A DNA stretch of 64,000 nucleotides, from contig OZ024756.1 of the NCBI GenBank assembly GCA_964016885.1, positions 39,556,001-39,620,000 of the forward strand, read 5' to 3'. Of this stretch, positions 14,118-29,257 are shown piece by piece (the stretch's first letter is position 1; every line of letters begins with the position of its first letter). Under the pieces are notes generated by a model. That model did not search any database, was not told where the DNA came from, and was given only the letters and a program-made list of their open reading frames with translations. The translations under genes were made by a program, and so were the position numbers. Source of the DNA: Eledone cirrhosa (lineage: Eukaryota).

Positions 14118-14916
14118 GTTTTCGTTAAGTATACATCGCTTTTGTAGATTGTCAAAACGAATATTAGTGTAAAGCGAAAGAATAAAAAGAAATATGAAAG
14201 AAAGAAAAAGAATAAAAAGAAATATGAGAGAAAGAAAAAGAGAAAAAACCCTAATATTTTTGTCTTTAATAAAAATGTAAAAGATCAAAGAATAAACATA
14301 TGTAATAATACGATGTTAGACATGTCTTGAGCGTAATTTACAAAATGGACTCTACCAAATACTCTGATTGAAATTAATGAGACTATAGTGTTCTTCATGT
14401 CCTGATTGAAGATAAATCATTCATTATCCATATTTCTTTTTTGTGATTTATAGTCAAGATGTGCTAATGAATTATGTAAGTCTAGTGCTAATACTGTTCA
14501 TATTGTTGTAATTTTGTATGGTATAATGATCATATTAACAGTAATATAACCACCAGTATTCTTGTAGCTTTGTGGTTTATATAAATTATTGTAAAACAAA
14601 GAAAACTAAGATGATTTATGTGTACGTGATTGTACAACGGATTGTAAAACAGGAAGGCATTGGATTGTATAAAAACAAGAAGTATTAAGTTAAAGATAAT
14701 GTTAAATCTAGTACTATGTTATGATGTTTAAAGGTAGACATTTTATTGTTTTACAACCGCAGATAAATGTGTTTTGTGAGTTCATAGACTAAGGTGAAGA
14801 TTAGAAGGTGAATAAATAACAATACATAACTAATGCAGGTGTGAATTATAAGTAAAATAACAAGTTAGTAGTAGCTTCATGTAGTGAATATATTTATGTT
14901 TTCTGGTGGCATATGT

Positions 14917-15245
14917 AAAGGAGGGTGGTTATGTAGTGAGAAAGTCGGATTCACAATCGTGCGGTTGTGAGTTTGATTCCCGGACCGGGCGATGGGCTGT
15001 GTCCTTGAGCAAGACACTATTTCACGTTGCTTTCACGTTGCTTTAGCTCACTCAGCTGAAGAAATGAGTTGCGACGTAACTAGTATTAGCCGTTGCCCTT
15101 CCCTTTGACAACATCGGTGGTGTGAAGAGGGGGGACTGGTATGTATGAGTGGCAGCTGATCTTTCACAAAAACATCATACTTGGGGTTGTGCTTTAGAGG
15201 GGAACTTCATGACTAAATGGAGTCTTTTTACTTTGGTGACATAAA
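14917..15245 (+). mobile_element. SINE family B (CORE-like) with a third tail type
   Basis: tRNA-like head, GTCCTTGAGCAAGACACTATTTCACGTTGC...CTCAGCTGAAGAAATGAG, then a tail unlike the other B copies. Confidence 0.75.
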
Positions 15246-15589
15246 TCTTGGGGGAGGAGAGATTATCTCGGCAATTAACACATTTACAAAAGATTTTCTC
15301 AATGAAAAGATTTCTAAGGCAATTGAAAATAAGCAATAAAGTAAAGCCTTCGAGAAAATGTTGGTTAAAGATTGTACATTCGTATGACCTAAACAATCGA
15401 TTTGTTCCCTACCTCCCTTCTCTCACCACTCCCCCAGAATCACGTCCACCTCCACTACCACCACACCCTCATTATCTCCTCCATCAGCAACTGCACTACG
15501 ATCAGTGGAAGTCATTTTAAATTGTTTCTATTCAAACATATATTTGGAAAAGAATAAAATAATATCTAAACTATAATAAAGTAAGGAGT

Positions 15590-15775
15590 ACGGGACTGCA
15601 TACGGTTTATAATTTGTTATCCCATTAGTAAAATAAGTTGGATTACTTTGAATAAATAATGAATGAATATTACATAATTTATCTACTAAATTTCGTGGCT
15701 GTTGATTAAATATATTTTATTACTTATTTAAAGATTCACTTCTTTAAAATTTTCAAATGTCAACACTTCCGGTTA
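15590..15775 (+). mobile_element. Fragment related to the Helitron at 28652-29125
   Basis: Shares TTATTTAAAkATTCACTTCTTTAAAATTT(T)CAAATGTCAAyACTTCCGGTT with ~28930-28975. Confidence 0.55.
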
Positions 15776-16574
15776 GCGATCGCTTAAATAAACATTCATA
15801 TGTTTCTGTCGCTAATTTTTTCCTAATGCAGTTTATATATAATATCGTCTTTTTTAATGTATCATGGATTACGTTACTGATTACATAAGGCAGTGTAACG
15901 CAGTCTTCGTTCAATTTCTGGGTATATTGTCAATTACGATTTTATTTGATGTATCATATCTACATGTATATATACCTGCGTATAATATCAATATACACAC
16001 TACACATGCTAGCAGAAAACCACCCGAAGAGTGGTCTTCTGCTAGTAAAAGTAATTTAGCAACAGCTTGTAACAGAAGAAGCAGACGATAATATTTGAAA
16101 GTTATTTTATAGTGCAGATGCGTGATGGTCCCAAACTATTTATCAGAGTATTAATGTTTTAGAATACATTTTACAAATATGTCAAGAAAAGTTTTCCAAA
16201 GAGTTTCTTTAAAAATGTTCTTAAAATTCTTCAAAAATATTTCTAAAACGTTTCTCAAAGTTTTTCTCTATACATTATTAAAAGTTCCATAAAAAAATTC
16301 CCATCTGTACAGGAACGACCTTCAAACTTAACTCACAAATTTTTCTCAAAATCTTTTTTCGAAAGTTTCTCTTTTTACTATAATTATTTTAACCAATATT
16401 CTCTCTAAAATTGTTTCAATAGTTTGTGAATTTTTTTTTTTTTTTTCAATTTTCTTAAAAGTTCTTTTAAAGTTTTACTGAATTTTTTCTCGAACATTTT
16501 CCTTCGTATCAGAGGAAAATATGATATAAAACTGATTTAACGATAGTGTGTAACAGAGAAAGTAGTTGATGTGG

Positions 16575-16645
<71 letters not shown>

Positions 16646-16757
16646 AGAGGAAGAAGAAGAAGAAGAAATTAAGAGCACGTTTCGAGGCCTGGAGAACCGA
16701 TGAAAGCACGCCCTACGGACTTGGATATTTCTACCAAGTTATTACCACTATATATAT

Positions 16758-16826
<69 letters not shown>

Positions 16827-16828
<2 letters not shown>

Positions 16829-17307
16829 ATAACATGGTATCATTTTAGGTAATCCAGTTAGAGGTTGTGAGTACTCTGTACTATGGATAGTTTTAACGTA
16901 CGGCGTTTTTTTACTCTACAAGAGGTTTCCTTAGTTAGGTTGCGAGTTTGCGAGAATTCTCTTGCAGGTCATTCTTGGAGTAATATTAGTGAAAGAGTGA
17001 AGAATAACATGGTCGGCTGTACAAAATGGGTTTTATTTACAGTATTGACAATTGTTTCGTTGATCAGGTAAGTCATAAGGCCGCTAATCACTCGAAATCG
17101 TGTCACTCGACCTCAAAATACCGTGTGTGTGTCTCTGATCAAACTATCGGAATACTGGCCAATATTCCGATGATTTGGTCTGAGATACATACTGTATTTA
17201 AGGTCGAGTGATTAGCGGTCTTTAGACTCACCTGACCAATGAAACAATTGTTAATACTGTAAATAAAACTCTTTTTGTACAGCCAACCATGTTATCCTTC
17301 ACTCTTT

Positions 17308-17312
<5 letters not shown>
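16827..17312. mobile_element. (TA)n-embedded foldback element family F3 (Penelope-like)
   Basis: Inverted arms 16987-17158/17159-17312 centred on TGGCCA; GAAACAATTGTC then AATAAA; other copies at 33344-33672 and 56456-56625. Confidence 0.75.
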
Positions 17313-17363
<51 letters not shown>

Positions 17364-17844
17364 GGTTAAAGTTTTAAAGTTTAGGATTTGTATTTAGAGT
17401 TTAGAGTTAGGTTTAGGGTTTGTGTTTAGAGCAAGAGTTACACACAGAAAAGGGTAAATGAAAATATTCTATTAGTTACATTTTTCTATTACTTTTCCCT
17501 GACGTTTTAAAACATAGAAATGAAAAGATTGTTTTAATAGAAATAAAGAGGAATGTTTATTGTACCAAACAACAATTTATATAGTTCGTATTGTGTACAT
17601 ATAAAAAATATAGACTTAATTGTCACGACTGCTGTAGCTTTGTATTGCTTCCTTTCAGTGAGTTTTTGAATCAGAAGTACATTATTAAGTAAAAAAGAAT
17701 CATGTATTTTGCAAACATTGTGTTTAAATAGTAAATAGTTATGCAGAACACAGCGTATAGCAGACGGTTTAATATATAATGTAGATATAATTACATTTTT
17801 TTAATTAGAAATCTTGCATTACTCTTTCTGTATATAAAAGTTTG

Positions 17845-18320
17845 TAGGCTGCAAATTCGCAGAGTCGTTAGAATGTCTAATAGAATGCTTTATGTTATTC
17901 ATTCCAACTCTCTGCTCTCTGAGTTCAAATCCTACCGATGTCACCTTTACGTTTCATCATTTCGAGTTCGGTAAACAAAGTACCAGTCTAGTACTGGGGT
18001 CGATTCTTTCTCTAATATCTCTTTCTCATTTTCTCTCTCACTTTATATCTTTATCTGAAAGAAATCTTCTGTACTCAGGCCTGGGGAAGGATGGGCTTTG
18101 CCAGGCTTAAAATGTCTAAGATAGGCCGTATATCAATATGGCCCCCCTATGACTCGATTAAATCTAAATCGACCCCAGAACCTAACTAGTGCTTTATTTC
18201 ATCGACCACGAAAGGATGGAAGGCAAAGTTAACTTCAACGGAATTTGAACTCGGAACATAAAGGGCAGTAACTCTATGCCGTAAAACATGTCCGACGCTC
18301 TACCGATACTACCAATCCGT
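17845..18320. mobile_element. Two older SINE A copies (17845-18005 plus, 18160-18320 minus)
   Basis: Diverged B box GAGTTCAAATCC and core. Confidence 0.7.
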
Positions 18321-19093
18321 CGTGATTGTAATCATCACTCCATCATTATTACTCCAGCATGAATTGTTGTGCAAGTACTAGATTATTTGATTAAATGTCA
18401 TATAAATTATATCTCTTTTTTTTTTCTTCTGAGTTCATTAAACATCGGGAATAACATTAGATTTTATTCCCGTGTGTTCAATTATAGAATAGAAGGATAT
18501 CTTCCGCCTTTATAAATGAAGGACCTTTTAAAAGTATGAGAAATCAATGAATGTATTGTTATATTATGAGTAAACGTTCTGAATTGCTATATATCTAATA
18601 ATTGAAACTGTTCAACTGTTCAACTGTTTCACTTTCTCAACATTGTCATAATACATACACTGAATTAATTCATATCCTATTTTGTCTTACATTTTAACAT
18701 ATGAAAATAGGTTTGTCTCAGATTACTTTGTCGAGTTATGTTTTCTACATATTCAGTATAATCTAGTTCGTCCATAATATTATTGTTTTTCCTTTGATAC
18801 CATTCCAGATGAATTCCGTTTGAAGTTGCCATAAAGATATTATACTCTAAGGTCTATTTTATTTCTGATGTATCGATTTTCTGCTCAGTATTAGGTATTA
18901 TATATAAGTATTCATGCCTAAATACTTCACTTTGATTATCGAATGGTCCGTACTATGTTGGTGGAAATAAGAAATACATATATCTCTGTGTTCTTCAGAG
19001 ACTTTTAAAAATTCAGAATAAAATTAAATTTAGAAAATCGATATTATAAGGAAGCCAAATATATCCAATGTTGGGTTTATGTGTGTGTTGTTA

Positions 19094-19156
<63 letters not shown>

Positions 19157-19159
<3 letters not shown>

Positions 19160-19385
19160 TCATCATCATCATCATCATCATCACCGTTTTACGTCCGTTC
19201 TTCCACGCTAGCATGGGTTAGACGGGTTGTCCTGTTGTGGGCAGTGTCCGGTCGGCTGACCTTGTATTGCTCATACGGAAACTGATTCTGGCTTGATTTC
19301 TACAGCTGGATGCCCTTCCTAACATCAACCTCATTTACAGTGACTGCTGGAGGCTTTTTTGCCGTGGCCCCTACACGACTTTGCG
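19157..19385 (-). mobile_element. RTE-type 3' UTR fragment with (GAT)n tail
   Basis: (ATC)n followed by GTTTTACGTCCGTTCTTCCACGCTAGCATGGG...TTTCTACAGCTGGATGCCCTTCCTAAC, homologous to 62976-63170. Confidence 0.8.
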
Positions 19386-19439
19386 GTGGGAGGGGATGGG
19401 GGCATATTGTCTATATTCTTCTGCTTCGTGGGTGTTTAG

Positions 19440-21152
<1,713 letters not shown>

Positions 21153-21153
21153 A

Positions 21154-21342
21154 GAAACGAGTAGGACCCCGACGGCTGAGCTCAAGCCGTTTCGACGGCT
21201 AATTCTGGACTGAATTAGCCGTCGAAACGGCTTGAGCTCAGCCGTCGGGGTCCTACTCGTTTTTATTACCCACTCTACTACCCTAAGTATTGAGTACTTT
21301 TGTGCGTTATGGTCCACCTGGTTCCTTACCACATTTCCTTCG

Positions 21343-21344
<2 letters not shown>
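21154..21344. mobile_element. (TA)n-embedded foldback element family F1 (Penelope pLTR fragments)
   Basis: Perfect 51-bp inverted repeat 21155-21205/21212-21262; the long arm ends CCTTCGTT+(TA)n. Other copies at 38137, 39942 and 52760. Confidence 0.85.
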
Positions 21345-21379
<35 letters not shown>

Positions 21380-21625
21380 ACATGCATATATGTGTAAAAT
21401 TAGAATATTTCTCATATCACAAGACGCTATTTCAAAAAAGAAATTCTCACTCTTAATGATATACATATTCCTGTATGAAAGGTTAACAGCCTGTCCAGAT
21501 CTGTCTGCTGCGCTGACTCATCTGTGTAACTTGGTGGACATAAATAAAATTATATCTCTCTACTACTTTATATATTGACTTTTATTTCTGTAGGTAAACC
21601 ACTCACCCACACATACACACACACA

Positions 21626-21680
<55 letters not shown>

Positions 21681-22017
21681 TCACTCTCTCTCTTTCTTTC
21701 TCTCTGTCCACATAAACAAATGTATATATGTATATATATATATATGAGTCCCGGGTTCAATTGGGGATAACCAGAGTAGGTAAGGTACTCAATAATTACT
21801 GATGAAATGTGACTTAAATCACAGTTTGTAGGGAAGTATTCTGATAGGTTACAAAATGGGAGCTCAGCTACGTACGAACTGATGGTAATACTCGCTCTGC
21901 AATCTAAAATGCTGCCAAGATGACTTCAAGTTACGTTTGAAGAGCTAAGATAGTATCCATAGTGACGTCATTTCTGAGGAAAAAAAAACATGATCTGTGT
22001 ATAGGTGTAGTTGTCTT

Positions 22018-22952
<935 letters not shown>

Positions 22953-22978
22953 GTATATTAATATATATATATATATAT

Positions 22979-23049
<71 letters not shown>

Positions 23050-23188
23050 TGCATTTATACATATACACGTAAAATTTACAGACACTCACACACATGCACA
23101 TATATGTCTGAATGTGTATGATCCTATATATATATATATATTAGATATTAGTTTAACATTGAATAATTGCGTATATATATATATATAT

Positions 23189-23771
23189 CTTCCCTCTCTG
23201 AAGCCGTTCTGGTTGTCCCTGAGCTTTTTCTCCGTCGGAAGATGATGTGGTTGAGAAGAAGAGCAAAGCCTGGGCGGTGTACCACAGCTTGAGATGGGTG
23301 TGGAAGTCGGACCTTCGTGAAGACTTGAAGGTCCGCCTCTTCATTGCTGTAGTGGAGTCTGTGCTGCTGTACGGGTCTGAGACTTGGACACTGACCAAGA
23401 AACTCACTCAGATGGTAGATGGGTGCTACATGAGAATACTGAGGATGGCGCTGAACATTAATCAGTATACACTGAGGATGAAAAACTCAGAGCTGCATGG
23501 GAGCCTCTCAAAAGTCAGCTCAAAAGTGACACAGAGGAGACTGAGGTTAGCTGGACATGCTCACCGACATCCAGAGTTGACATTGCACTCAGTGCTCCTG
23601 TGGGAGCCCCTACATGGAAACAATGGAATAGGAAGACCAAGGTTAACGTATGTTGATGCCCTAAGGACAGACACTGGTCTGTTGGAGACGCAGGACATGG
23701 CAGCGATAATGAGGGACAGAGACCGCTGGAGAGAACTCGTCCATGGATCTCGCGAATTTTACCCGCCCTAG
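23189..23771 (+). mobile_element. RTE-clade LINE 3' fragment with a short 5' inversion
   Basis: ORF ...LKVRLFIAVVESVLLYGSETWTL...RRLRLAGHAHRH...GRPRLTYVD...DRDRWR...FYPP*. 23189-23233 reads EKKLRDNQNGFREGR on the minus strand. Confidence 0.92.
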
Positions 23772-23804
<33 letters not shown>

Positions 23805-23817
23805 TAGATAGATATAT

Positions 23818-23872
23818 TTCTTTATTAGCCACAGGGGCACAAAAGAAGGGGACAAATACAAAGGGGGAAGTT
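23818..23872 (-). mobile_element. Possible LINE extreme 3' end with AATAAA and (TATC)n tail
   Basis: Minus strand ...CCCCTTCTTTTGTGCCCCTGTGGCTAATAAAGAAATATCTATCT. Confidence 0.4.
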
Positions 23873-23930
23873 TACATACAATAAAAACGTGTAAAATGTT
23901 ATCACAGATGGAATTTAAAAGTTAGTCGAG

Positions 23931-23963
<33 letters not shown>

Positions 23964-24039
23964 CTGTACCGATTGTGTTGTTATTTCTGTTTACCTTTTA
24001 CATATATATATATATATAGAGAGAGAGAGATATAATTCT

Positions 24040-24445
24040 TTCGTGCAACGAAAGAACTTTGATAGACTATATATATATATATATATATATTTATATCATA
24101 AATCATGTCTATAGAATCATCAGATATTAAAATATATACTATTTCTTCTTCTAATTAGCATAATTAACCATAAACAAAATCAGATCTAGCAAGCTTTAAG
24201 AATAAATATATATATTTATATCTGTATTTTTAACCGTTGGTCAATCAATGATAAACGTTGATTGCCAAATAAATTAACTATGGAGATATAACAGATACAG
24301 AAGCGAAAACCAACCAAACAGTGAGTGTGTTCTGTTATTTTGCCTTTCATCCTTACGGGGTCGATAAAATAAAGTACCAGTAATGTACTGGGATAATTGC
24401 TGGCCTTGTGCCAAAAAGTAGAAACAATATGACCCTCACCAAGTA
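24040..24445 (+). mobile_element. Family F5 copy interrupted by a SINE A 3' fragment (24338-24428)
   Basis: Colinear with 20050-20260 except that about 20 bp are replaced by the SINE core and tail. Confidence 0.75.
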
Positions 24446-24825
24446 TATATATATATGTATATATATACATAAACAATGAGTTATATGGTTTGTTGATTAT
24501 CATTCAATATATATATATATATATATAAACCAAACGCAGGAAGCAAAATTATATGTGTAAGTGAGTGTGTATATTTGTGTGTATATATATGTTTGTGTGT
24601 GTGTGTAATTATATTTGTGTTCTATCTAAATTCGACTACGTCATAATATTCGAGCTTTCTAAAGTGTCATATTCTACAATATCTTTGAATGACCGGAGTT
24701 AACAACTTGAGTTCGGTTTGTTGCATTTTAAATGTTATTTCTTTTATCCACTACGTATTAGAGTATTATGTAAGTGGTTAACCCAGAAACTTCTGTCTCC
24801 AACCTTCTTTTTTACTCTTATATAT

Positions 24826-24974
24826 ATAGAAGAGGAAGACCAAGGTTAACGTATGTTGATGCCCTAAGGACAGACACTGGTCTGTTGGAGATGCAGGACA
24901 TGGCAGCGATAATGGGGGACAGAGACCGCTGGAGAGAACTCGTCCATGGATCTCGGGAATTTTACCCGCCTTAG
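24826..24974 (+). mobile_element. RTE 3' fragment, same family as 23189-23771
   Basis: RRGRPRLTYVDALRTDTGLLEMQDMAA...FYPP*, near identical. Confidence 0.92.
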
Positions 24975-25069
24975 ATAGATAGATATATATATTTATATAT
25001 ATTTATATTTATATAGTTATATCTGTTAACATTTGTCGTAATTATTCTCTTAACAATCCCAAATATTAG

Positions 25070-25470
25070 TAGAGATGGTGGTGGTAGTAGTGGTGGTGTA
25101 GAGATGGTGGTGGTGGTGGTGGTGGTGGTGGGGAGATGTAGAGGTGGTGGTGGTGTAGAGATGGTGGTGGTGGTAGTGGTGGTGTAGAGATGGTGGTGGT
25201 GGTGTAGAGATGGTGGTGGTGGTGGTAGTGGGGGAGATGTAGAGATGGTGGTGGTGGTGGTGGTGTAGAGATGGTGGTGGTCGTGGTGTTGTTGGTGCTG
25301 GAGATGGTGGTGGAGGTGTTGGTGGTGATGGTATTAGTGGTGGTGGTGGTGGTGGTGTTGGTGGTGGTAGTAGTGGTGGTGATGTGGAGGTGGTGGTAGT
25401 AGCGTTGATGGAGGTGTAGAGATGGTGGTGGTGGTAGTAGTAGTAGTAGTGTTGATGTAGCAGATGGTGG
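25070..25470. repeat. (GGT)n-based repeat with GTAGAGAT interruptions
   Basis: Direct reading. Confidence 0.92.
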
Positions 25471-25976
25471 TTAGTCTATAATTTTACCAATCGTTTTTCG
25501 AGTTTGTCATGGTCGGGTTGGATTTTTTGGTTTATATAAATACACACACACACACGCACGCACATATATAAAGGTGTGTGTGTGTCTGTCCGTGTCTGTG
25601 TGTGTGGGGGGGGGTGTATGTGTCTGTATGTATGTATGTGTTGGTGGTCAGATTACATTAGTCATCGGGCTTCATTCCTCGACCAATATGGAGTTGTTTA
25701 AGCTGTTGTCCTAGTTGCCGCATCTAATGGTGTGTTTCCAGAACGATCAGAAGATGGCGGGGTTTTGTTCCTTTATGAGGATGTGCAAGGGTCAGCCAAT
25801 GTAGTATCAATTGGATTCATTGCACTACATATCCGGGATAACAGATATACAGTTAGGTAATTGCCTGTGCTGTGGACATGGCAGTTGATCAGAGTGAATA
25901 GACATCGCAGATATTTACTGAAGTGTTAATATTTAAATTTAAAGAACATTTTCTTAACATAGAGCCATCAGCCTAA

Positions 25977-26160
25977 TAATTATTTATATTTTTGGCACAA
26001 GGCCAGCAATTACCCAGGTGTATTACTGGTACTTTATTTTATCGACCCCGTAAGGGTGAAAGGCAAAGTTAACCTCGGCGGCATTTGAACTCAGAACATA
26101 AATGGACGTAACTGTGCTTGAAAGCATGGCGTCCGACCCTCTACCGAAACTGCCAATTCA
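25977..26160 (-). mobile_element. SINE family A with TSD AGCCTAATAAT
   Basis: Core and tail; flanking direct repeat. Confidence 0.9.
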
Positions 26161-26375
26161 TCGAGCCTAATAATAGTTTCTGGCCTAGATCCCATCACCC
26201 TTCCTCCTCCCATTCTTCTGTCACCCTAGAGCCAGAGCCCTTACTCACCCCTTCATTTTCTGTTTTTAAATATATGTAGTGTTGTTATTTGAAATAGATT
26301 TGTTTATGATATAAAAAAGAATTAATGTTCTTGTATCTTGAAATGTCCTAACAGTACTATGTCCTAACAGATATA

Positions 26376-27731
26376 ATGAATTCACTGAAAAAGCAGATCC
26401 AAAGAAATCATGGTTCCAACGTTTATAGATATAAACTTGATAACACCTCATTGATATCGTTATCGTCCTCATTTAATGATACCTGTCTAGAACCCATGAC
26501 GAAAAAATCAACTCAAGTCTTGTTACCAATAAATAAAGATGTAAATAAATCAGCAACGTTTTATCCTTCGTGTCGTCTTCAGTGTCGTCCACCTCTCCCA
26601 AGAATTCCAGTTTCCAATGGAAAACTGAATTCCGAAACAGAATGTGCAAAGCAAATCGATACATGTACAATTCATTGTGACTCAAACGTTCATAGTAACG
26701 ACATTCATTTGAACAAACTTCCAGGATCCTGCATTCAAAGCAATTCTGACTCAATAGATCAATTACAGGAAGACACTGTTGAGGATTATTTTCCAGAAGA
26801 AAATGATAGCATTAAGCATGATTCTGATCGTCTTAGTATCAAATCCCTCTCAGATGTTTCAGAACTCGAATATTACAGTGAACCAGACGACGTTTCATCG
26901 ACCAAGATAAATACAATAAACTTGCTGAAATGTGACATTACGAAATCAAATGATCATGTACCGATAAATTGTGATTTAAAATCTGAAGCTACTGATCAAG
27001 ACTCAACTCAACTTAATCCCAAATCAAGGACGATACATCAGATCTCTTTTTCTCGTCCCTCATATATTGAGTATTCAAGCGAAGACGAGAACTCAGACAA
27101 GCAAGATAAAGAGTTAAAATCAATATTAAAAGTTACGAAGAACGGAACTACACAACAATCAAACAATACTTTAAAACCATTGACTAACCAACATCCAAAT
27201 GAACAGAGCAAAAATAATTTCACAAGTCATAGGTCACTATCTTTTAGCTCCGAAGAAAAATTAGACCAGCCCCTTTCAAAAGATCAAAACTCCGTAAATT
27301 TAATGCTCAGATCGGATTCACTTCTAATTGAAAATCAAATGGGAGTTCCAAACGAGTTTAAAGAAAGATTGCCAAACGAGTTAAATTATGAATGTAATGC
27401 CACAATAAACAACAATCGATATTTGCAATATTATGCATATTCGAGGAAAGTAGAAATTCGAATGAAAACCAGATACAGACGCCGTTTCAGTTTCAAAGCA
27501 CTTGATCGTTTTATAAATAGAAATAAGGATACTATAAATCGTAGAGAAAATGCTTACATAACAATAACTCCACAATCTAAATCTATAGAAATTCAATCAA
27601 AAGAAGAATCTTCTCCTGATCCAAATCAAATAGATGCGTTTCCTCCAAGTTCTACTTACAAAAGCAACAATAAGGCATTTTCTTGCGCTTTTCACCCGTT
27701 TTTATGCTGCACTAAAAATGATGTAAAGTGA
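26376..27731 (+). CDS. 451-aa uncharacterised Ser/Asn/Lys/Asp-rich, probably largely disordered protein (single or terminal exon)
   Basis: 1356-bp non-repetitive ORF in AT-rich DNA, where such length is unlikely by chance; free of microsatellites and SINEs. Candidate acceptor CCTAACAG at 26370 and ATTAAA ~20 bp after the stop. No recognisable domain. Confidence 0.78.
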   Translation: MNSLKKQIQRNHGSNVYRYKLDNTSLISLSSSFNDTCLEPMTKKSTQVLLPINKDVNKSATFYPSCRLQCRPPLPRIPVSNGKLNSETECAKQIDTCTIHCDSNVHSNDIHLNKLPGSCIQSNSDSIDQLQEDTVEDYFPEENDSIKHDSDRLSIKSLSDVSELEYYSEPDDVSSTKINTINLLKCDITKSNDHVPINCDLKSEATDQDSTQLNPKSRTIHQISFSRPSYIEYSSEDENSDKQDKELKSILKVTKNGTTQQSNNTLKPLTNQHPNEQSKNNFTSHRSLSFSSEEKLDQPLSKDQNSVNLMLRSDSLLIENQMGVPNEFKERLPNELNYECNATINNNRYLQYYAYSRKVEIRMKTRYRRRFSFKALDRFINRNKDTINRRENAYITITPQSKSIEIQSKEESSPDPNQIDAFPPSSTYKSNNKAFSCAFHPFLCCTKNDVK

Positions 27732-27924
27732 CTGAGGCGATTTTCGCCATTAAAGTAATATCGATGTTATTACACTTGTTTCAATTTACTTATTAATATT
27801 ATTAATATTATTACTATTATTAATATTATTACTATACCAGTAATACATTATATGTAGTTCTTTACTTTCCCGCCAAATGGACTTCAATGTTCAATATTCC
27901 TACTAGGCTGCAGAACTGTTTGCA

Positions 27925-28255
<331 letters not shown>

Positions 28256-28651
28256 AAACACACTTATACAACAAACTCAGATAATCTCATACACAAATCA
28301 AATATCAAACATGCACGCTCATATGGACATCTATTTGTGATTATTCACTCGTATATATATACACCACAAACACACAAACGTATCTAAACACATATACATA
28401 GAATCGTGTAGCATATTCACAGATTCATGCGTTTACACACAATAATATGTACATACATGAACATATATATACACATTCATATATACACACATTCCTATGT
28501 AAGCACCTCTATAGATATCCGAACACATATATACAGTTTTTATCTCGCCTTCATGTTATACGAACATATATATAATAATATAAAGATCAAGTACCACAAG
28601 CACTTATAATGTATATATAAATCCTTATCTTCTTTAAGATCTCTGAGAATA

Positions 28652-29125
28652 TCTATAATATAAAGCTGACGGCCGTATGTATGTAACAAACTTTCCGCCA
28701 AACGGCTGGACCAAACAGCCCCAAATTTGCACCATAGATGTAACTTTTTCCAAGTAAAAAAGTGAGGGTATTTTTGTCTATTGAATTTTGTTAAAAGATT
28801 AATGACATTATTTAAATATTCACTGTGTGAGTTCAAATCCCGCCGAGGTTGACTTTGCCTTTCGATAAAATAAAGTACCAGTAATGCACTGGGTATTTGC
28901 TGGCCTTGTGCCTAAAGTAGAAACAATTATTTAAATATTCACTTCTTTAAAATTTCAAATGTCAATACTTCCGGTTATACGACATATCTCACTCTTTCTT
29001 AGTCTGTCTTTTTAGATAGATACATAGCTATGTCGTCGCGCCTTTATAATATGTCTCTGTATGTCTGGCTGTCTGCATTAGATACATAGCTATGACACCC
29101 AGCGCCAGCCGGACGGGCCAGCTAG
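28652..29125 (+). mobile_element. Non-autonomous Helitron-like element containing a SINE
   Basis: A|TCTATAATATAAAG 5' end, GC-rich subterminal segment then CTAG|T 3' end (A/T target, no TSD), internal GTATGTATGT and AAACGGCTGGACC. Confidence 0.7.
28826..28928 (+). mobile_element. SINE A, truncated and internally deleted, 18-bp TSD ATTATTTAAATATTCACT
   Basis: B box, core and tail; direct repeat on both sides. Confidence 0.88.
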
Positions 29126-29257
29126 TATATAATAAATTTAAGGATTTATCATGCAAGTGTTTAGTTTCTTTATATAAATTAACACATTTTATGAAATAGA
29201 TAAAATAGACAGTTGAAAATAAGCAGAGCTTCTCAAAGCCTAATGTGCAGTACATGT

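Noticed and set aside
17362-17440. Interstitial telomeric repeat
   Set aside because: Only one exact TTAGGG among degenerate TTAGRG-like units; too weak.
21812-21840. CTGATGA followed by a small stem as a hammerhead
   Set aside because: No GAAA or stem III at the required position.
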